A DNA stretch of 64,000 nucleotides, taken from a bacterium. GTDB taxonomy: Bacteria > SZUA-182 > DTGQ01 > JAFGSM01. A model generated the notes under the pieces. It was not told the origin of the DNA. It did no database searches and was given only the letters and a program-made list of their open reading frames with translations. Both the position numbers and the translations under genes were made by a program. Location of the stretch: positions 87,015-151,014 of the forward strand of contig JBLIRO010000001.1 in the NCBI GenBank assembly GCA_049472335.1, written 5' to 3'. The stretch's first letter is position 1; each line of letters opens with the position of its first letter. Positions 62,725-64,000 of this stretch are shown in pieces.

Positions 62725-63621
62725 ATGGCTGAAGTAAACGAACCCAAAAAACATCACTATGTACCTCAATTTTACTTAAAGAAGTTTTGCTGCATAGATG
62801 ACGAAAATAAAGTTCCAACGATAAGTCGTCATAATCCGTTCCTGATCCAAAAGAGAAGTTCAATTGGCAGAATAGGTTATGAAGATAATCTCTATAAAAT
62901 TACTGATGACGAAATTGAATTATGTATAGAAAGGAATCTAAATAGATATATTGAAACACCAATTTCACAGTCTAAGACGTGGGAAAAGATAGATGAAGGT
63001 ATCCCTGAACTATTGTCTGAAGACGATAAATTAGTAATTTATATATTTATTAGGCATTTGGAGTCTCGGAATATAGAAACCCTAGAGTCCTTGAAAAGTG
63101 AACAAGTCCGAATAAAAGATCCTAAATATAGAAATGAATATTCAATAGAAGAGCATATAATGCATAATCAAATTAGCTCCATTCCGGACGGAGTTGATCA
63201 GTTTTATCTGGGAATGTCAGAAAATATTGATCAGTATTTTGAACAGTATGAGAGAGCATCAGTGTCAATATTTGGGTCTAGTATTCCAATACGAACTTCA
63301 ACTAATCCAGTAGTCAATGTTCCAATGCACACATTTCAAAATAGAGAGTTTAACCCAAATGAATTGGCAAAATGGCTACCACTGAGCCCAAAAATTGGCG
63401 CAATGTTATTTCTAAATGACAATTATTGTAACTTCGGAAAATACCAGGTTGTTGAAAATGAGGTCATTAGAACTCTAAATAGACTTTATCTTATTCAGTT
63501 GCTTAACTCACGGACAACTAGGCATATGGTTGCAAGCGATGAGTACATTTTAGATGATTTTGAATGGGCAGGAGTAAAAGTAGATCCTAGAAACCCAAGA
63601 AAGTTTAGGTGTCCTAGTTAG
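62725..63621 (+). CDS. DUF4238-domain protein
   Basis: The N-terminal KKHHYVPQFYLKKF motif is the hallmark I associate with DUF4238. 298 aa. Confidence 0.65.
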   Translation: MAEVNEPKKHHYVPQFYLKKFCCIDDENKVPTISRHNPFLIQKRSSIGRIGYEDNLYKITDDEIELCIERNLNRYIETPISQSKTWEKIDEGIPELLSEDDKLVIYIFIRHLESRNIETLESLKSEQVRIKDPKYRNEYSIEEHIMHNQISSIPDGVDQFYLGMSENIDQYFEQYERASVSIFGSSIPIRTSTNPVVNVPMHTFQNREFNPNELAKWLPLSPKIGAMLFLNDNYCNFGKYQVVENEVIRTLNRLYLIQLLNSRTTRHMVASDEYILDDFEWAGVKVDPRNPRKFRCPS

Positions 63622-63653
63622 GATGTTGGGTAAGGATAAGTATTATAAAAAAA

Positions 63654-63763
63654 GCACATAACAATAGGTTCGAGAGGGAATTGCCCCCGCAGCACTTGTT
63701 TTGTGCTTTAAACAGCACAAAACAATTTTTACTGCGGCAAGCCCCTCAGCCAAAGTGTTATGT
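63654..63763 (+). other. 110-bp imperfect hairpin, attC-like
   Basis: The ends ACATAACA (63656-63) / TGTTATGT (63756-63) pair. Middle arms GGTTCGAGAGGGAATTGCCCCCGCAG vs CTGCGGCAAGCCCCTCAGCC pair with bulges. The apical stem TTGTTTTGTGCT / AGCACAAAACAA is a perfect 12 bp with a 6-nt loop. Confidence 0.55.
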
Positions 63764-63775
63764 TTCTTTATAGAT

Positions 63776-64000
63776 ATGAAATCAGATAAGAAGATAATAA
63801 GAGCTATTTTAATTTTCTTTTTAGGCGTAGCTGTTGGTATCATAGGTATAGCTGTTGTTATCTTATTTTATCAAAAGTCATTTGAGCTGTTTTCAACCAT
63901 AGCTCCAGCAATCACTACATTGTTAGCTGCATTTTTAGGTGCTTGGTTTGCTTATCTTCTGGCAGACAACAAGGAAAAAAGAAAAGAAATAGCTTTGAGA
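63776..64000 (+). CDS. 5' part of a small membrane protein gene running off the window
   Basis: The ATG at 63776 opens MKSDKKIIRAILIFFLGVAVGIIGIAVVILFYQ…TTLLAAFLGAWFAYLLADNKEKRKE with no stop before 64000. It is absent from the ORF track because it is unterminated. Confidence 0.5.
   Translation, partial: MKSDKKIIRAILIFFLGVAVGIIGIAVVILFYQKSFELFSTIAPAITTLLAAFLGAWFAYLLADNKEKRKEIALR

Noticed and set aside
1-64000. tRNA, rRNA, tmRNA, integrase or transposase genes as island markers
   Set aside because: I could not find cloverleaf-like sequences in the intergenic regions, or recombinase or transposase motifs in any ORF. This is a by-eye scan only, so tRNAscan-SE/Infernal and HMM searches should confirm it.

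Overview
The window is 64 kb of bacterial chromosome or MAG contig. I found no rRNA, tRNA or CRISPR array, and I cannot assign taxonomy from sequence alone. It holds about 45 credible genes and is visibly mosaic in composition by eye: 3.3-11.6 kb is GC-richer, and roughly 20.2-32.3 kb is strongly AT-rich.

Landmarks, left to right:
- 1-3.3 kb: a scar zone of gene fragments (GH37 trehalase piece with an in-frame TAA, YgcG-like Gly tail, ABC ATPase 3' fragment), a VapBC-like toxin-antitoxin (TA) pair and a decayed AlbA_2-type gene.
- 3299-11615: a four-gene plus-strand cluster. Two large CHAT protease / STAND P-loop NTPase / TPR paralogs bracket a double zinc-ribbon protein and a 4-TM protein. 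Both TPR arrays are near-perfect 120-bp tandem repeats.
- 11.6-20.2 kb: M28 peptidase, EEP-family hydrolase, Tyr/Gly-rich secreted protein, YjiK-like propeller, DUF3160-like protein, and a THEP1-type NTPase that has no canonical start codon.
- 20659-28722: a minus-strand operon of multi-GAF histidine kinase, REC-GAF-kinase, nitrilase-superfamily fusion protein, sigma54 NtrC-type regulator and a 4-TM protein.
- 28.9-32.5 kb: two small TRASH-like Zn proteins, ppsA, and a second ABC 3' fragment.
- 32.7-48.5 kb: a 1528-aa double GH13 amylase, an agmatine-deiminase-family protein, an ald-crtN-crtN-like carotenoid trio, HEPN/MNT plus DUF1848, and small enzymes.
- 48.7-59.5 kb: a 1548-aa secreted HExxH/VWA/TSP3 protein, a frameshifted chemoreceptor, and a LolCDE-like ABC cluster whose LolA-like gene carries an in-frame TAA.
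- 60.2-64 kb: a Gly-Leu-Tyr / TVPTPII repeat protein, then a modular right end. This holds a MntA/HepT TA pair, duplicated recombination-site or promoter-like repeats, four 8-N9-8 palindromes, a GC-rich multi-stem element, and a DUF4238 gene bracketed like an integron cassette.

The best candidates for something undescribed are the CHAT-STAND-TPR four-gene cluster, the cassette-like array at 61.1-64 kb, and the kinase/nitrilase/sigma54 operon. All functional calls come from motifs read by eye. No database search was run.
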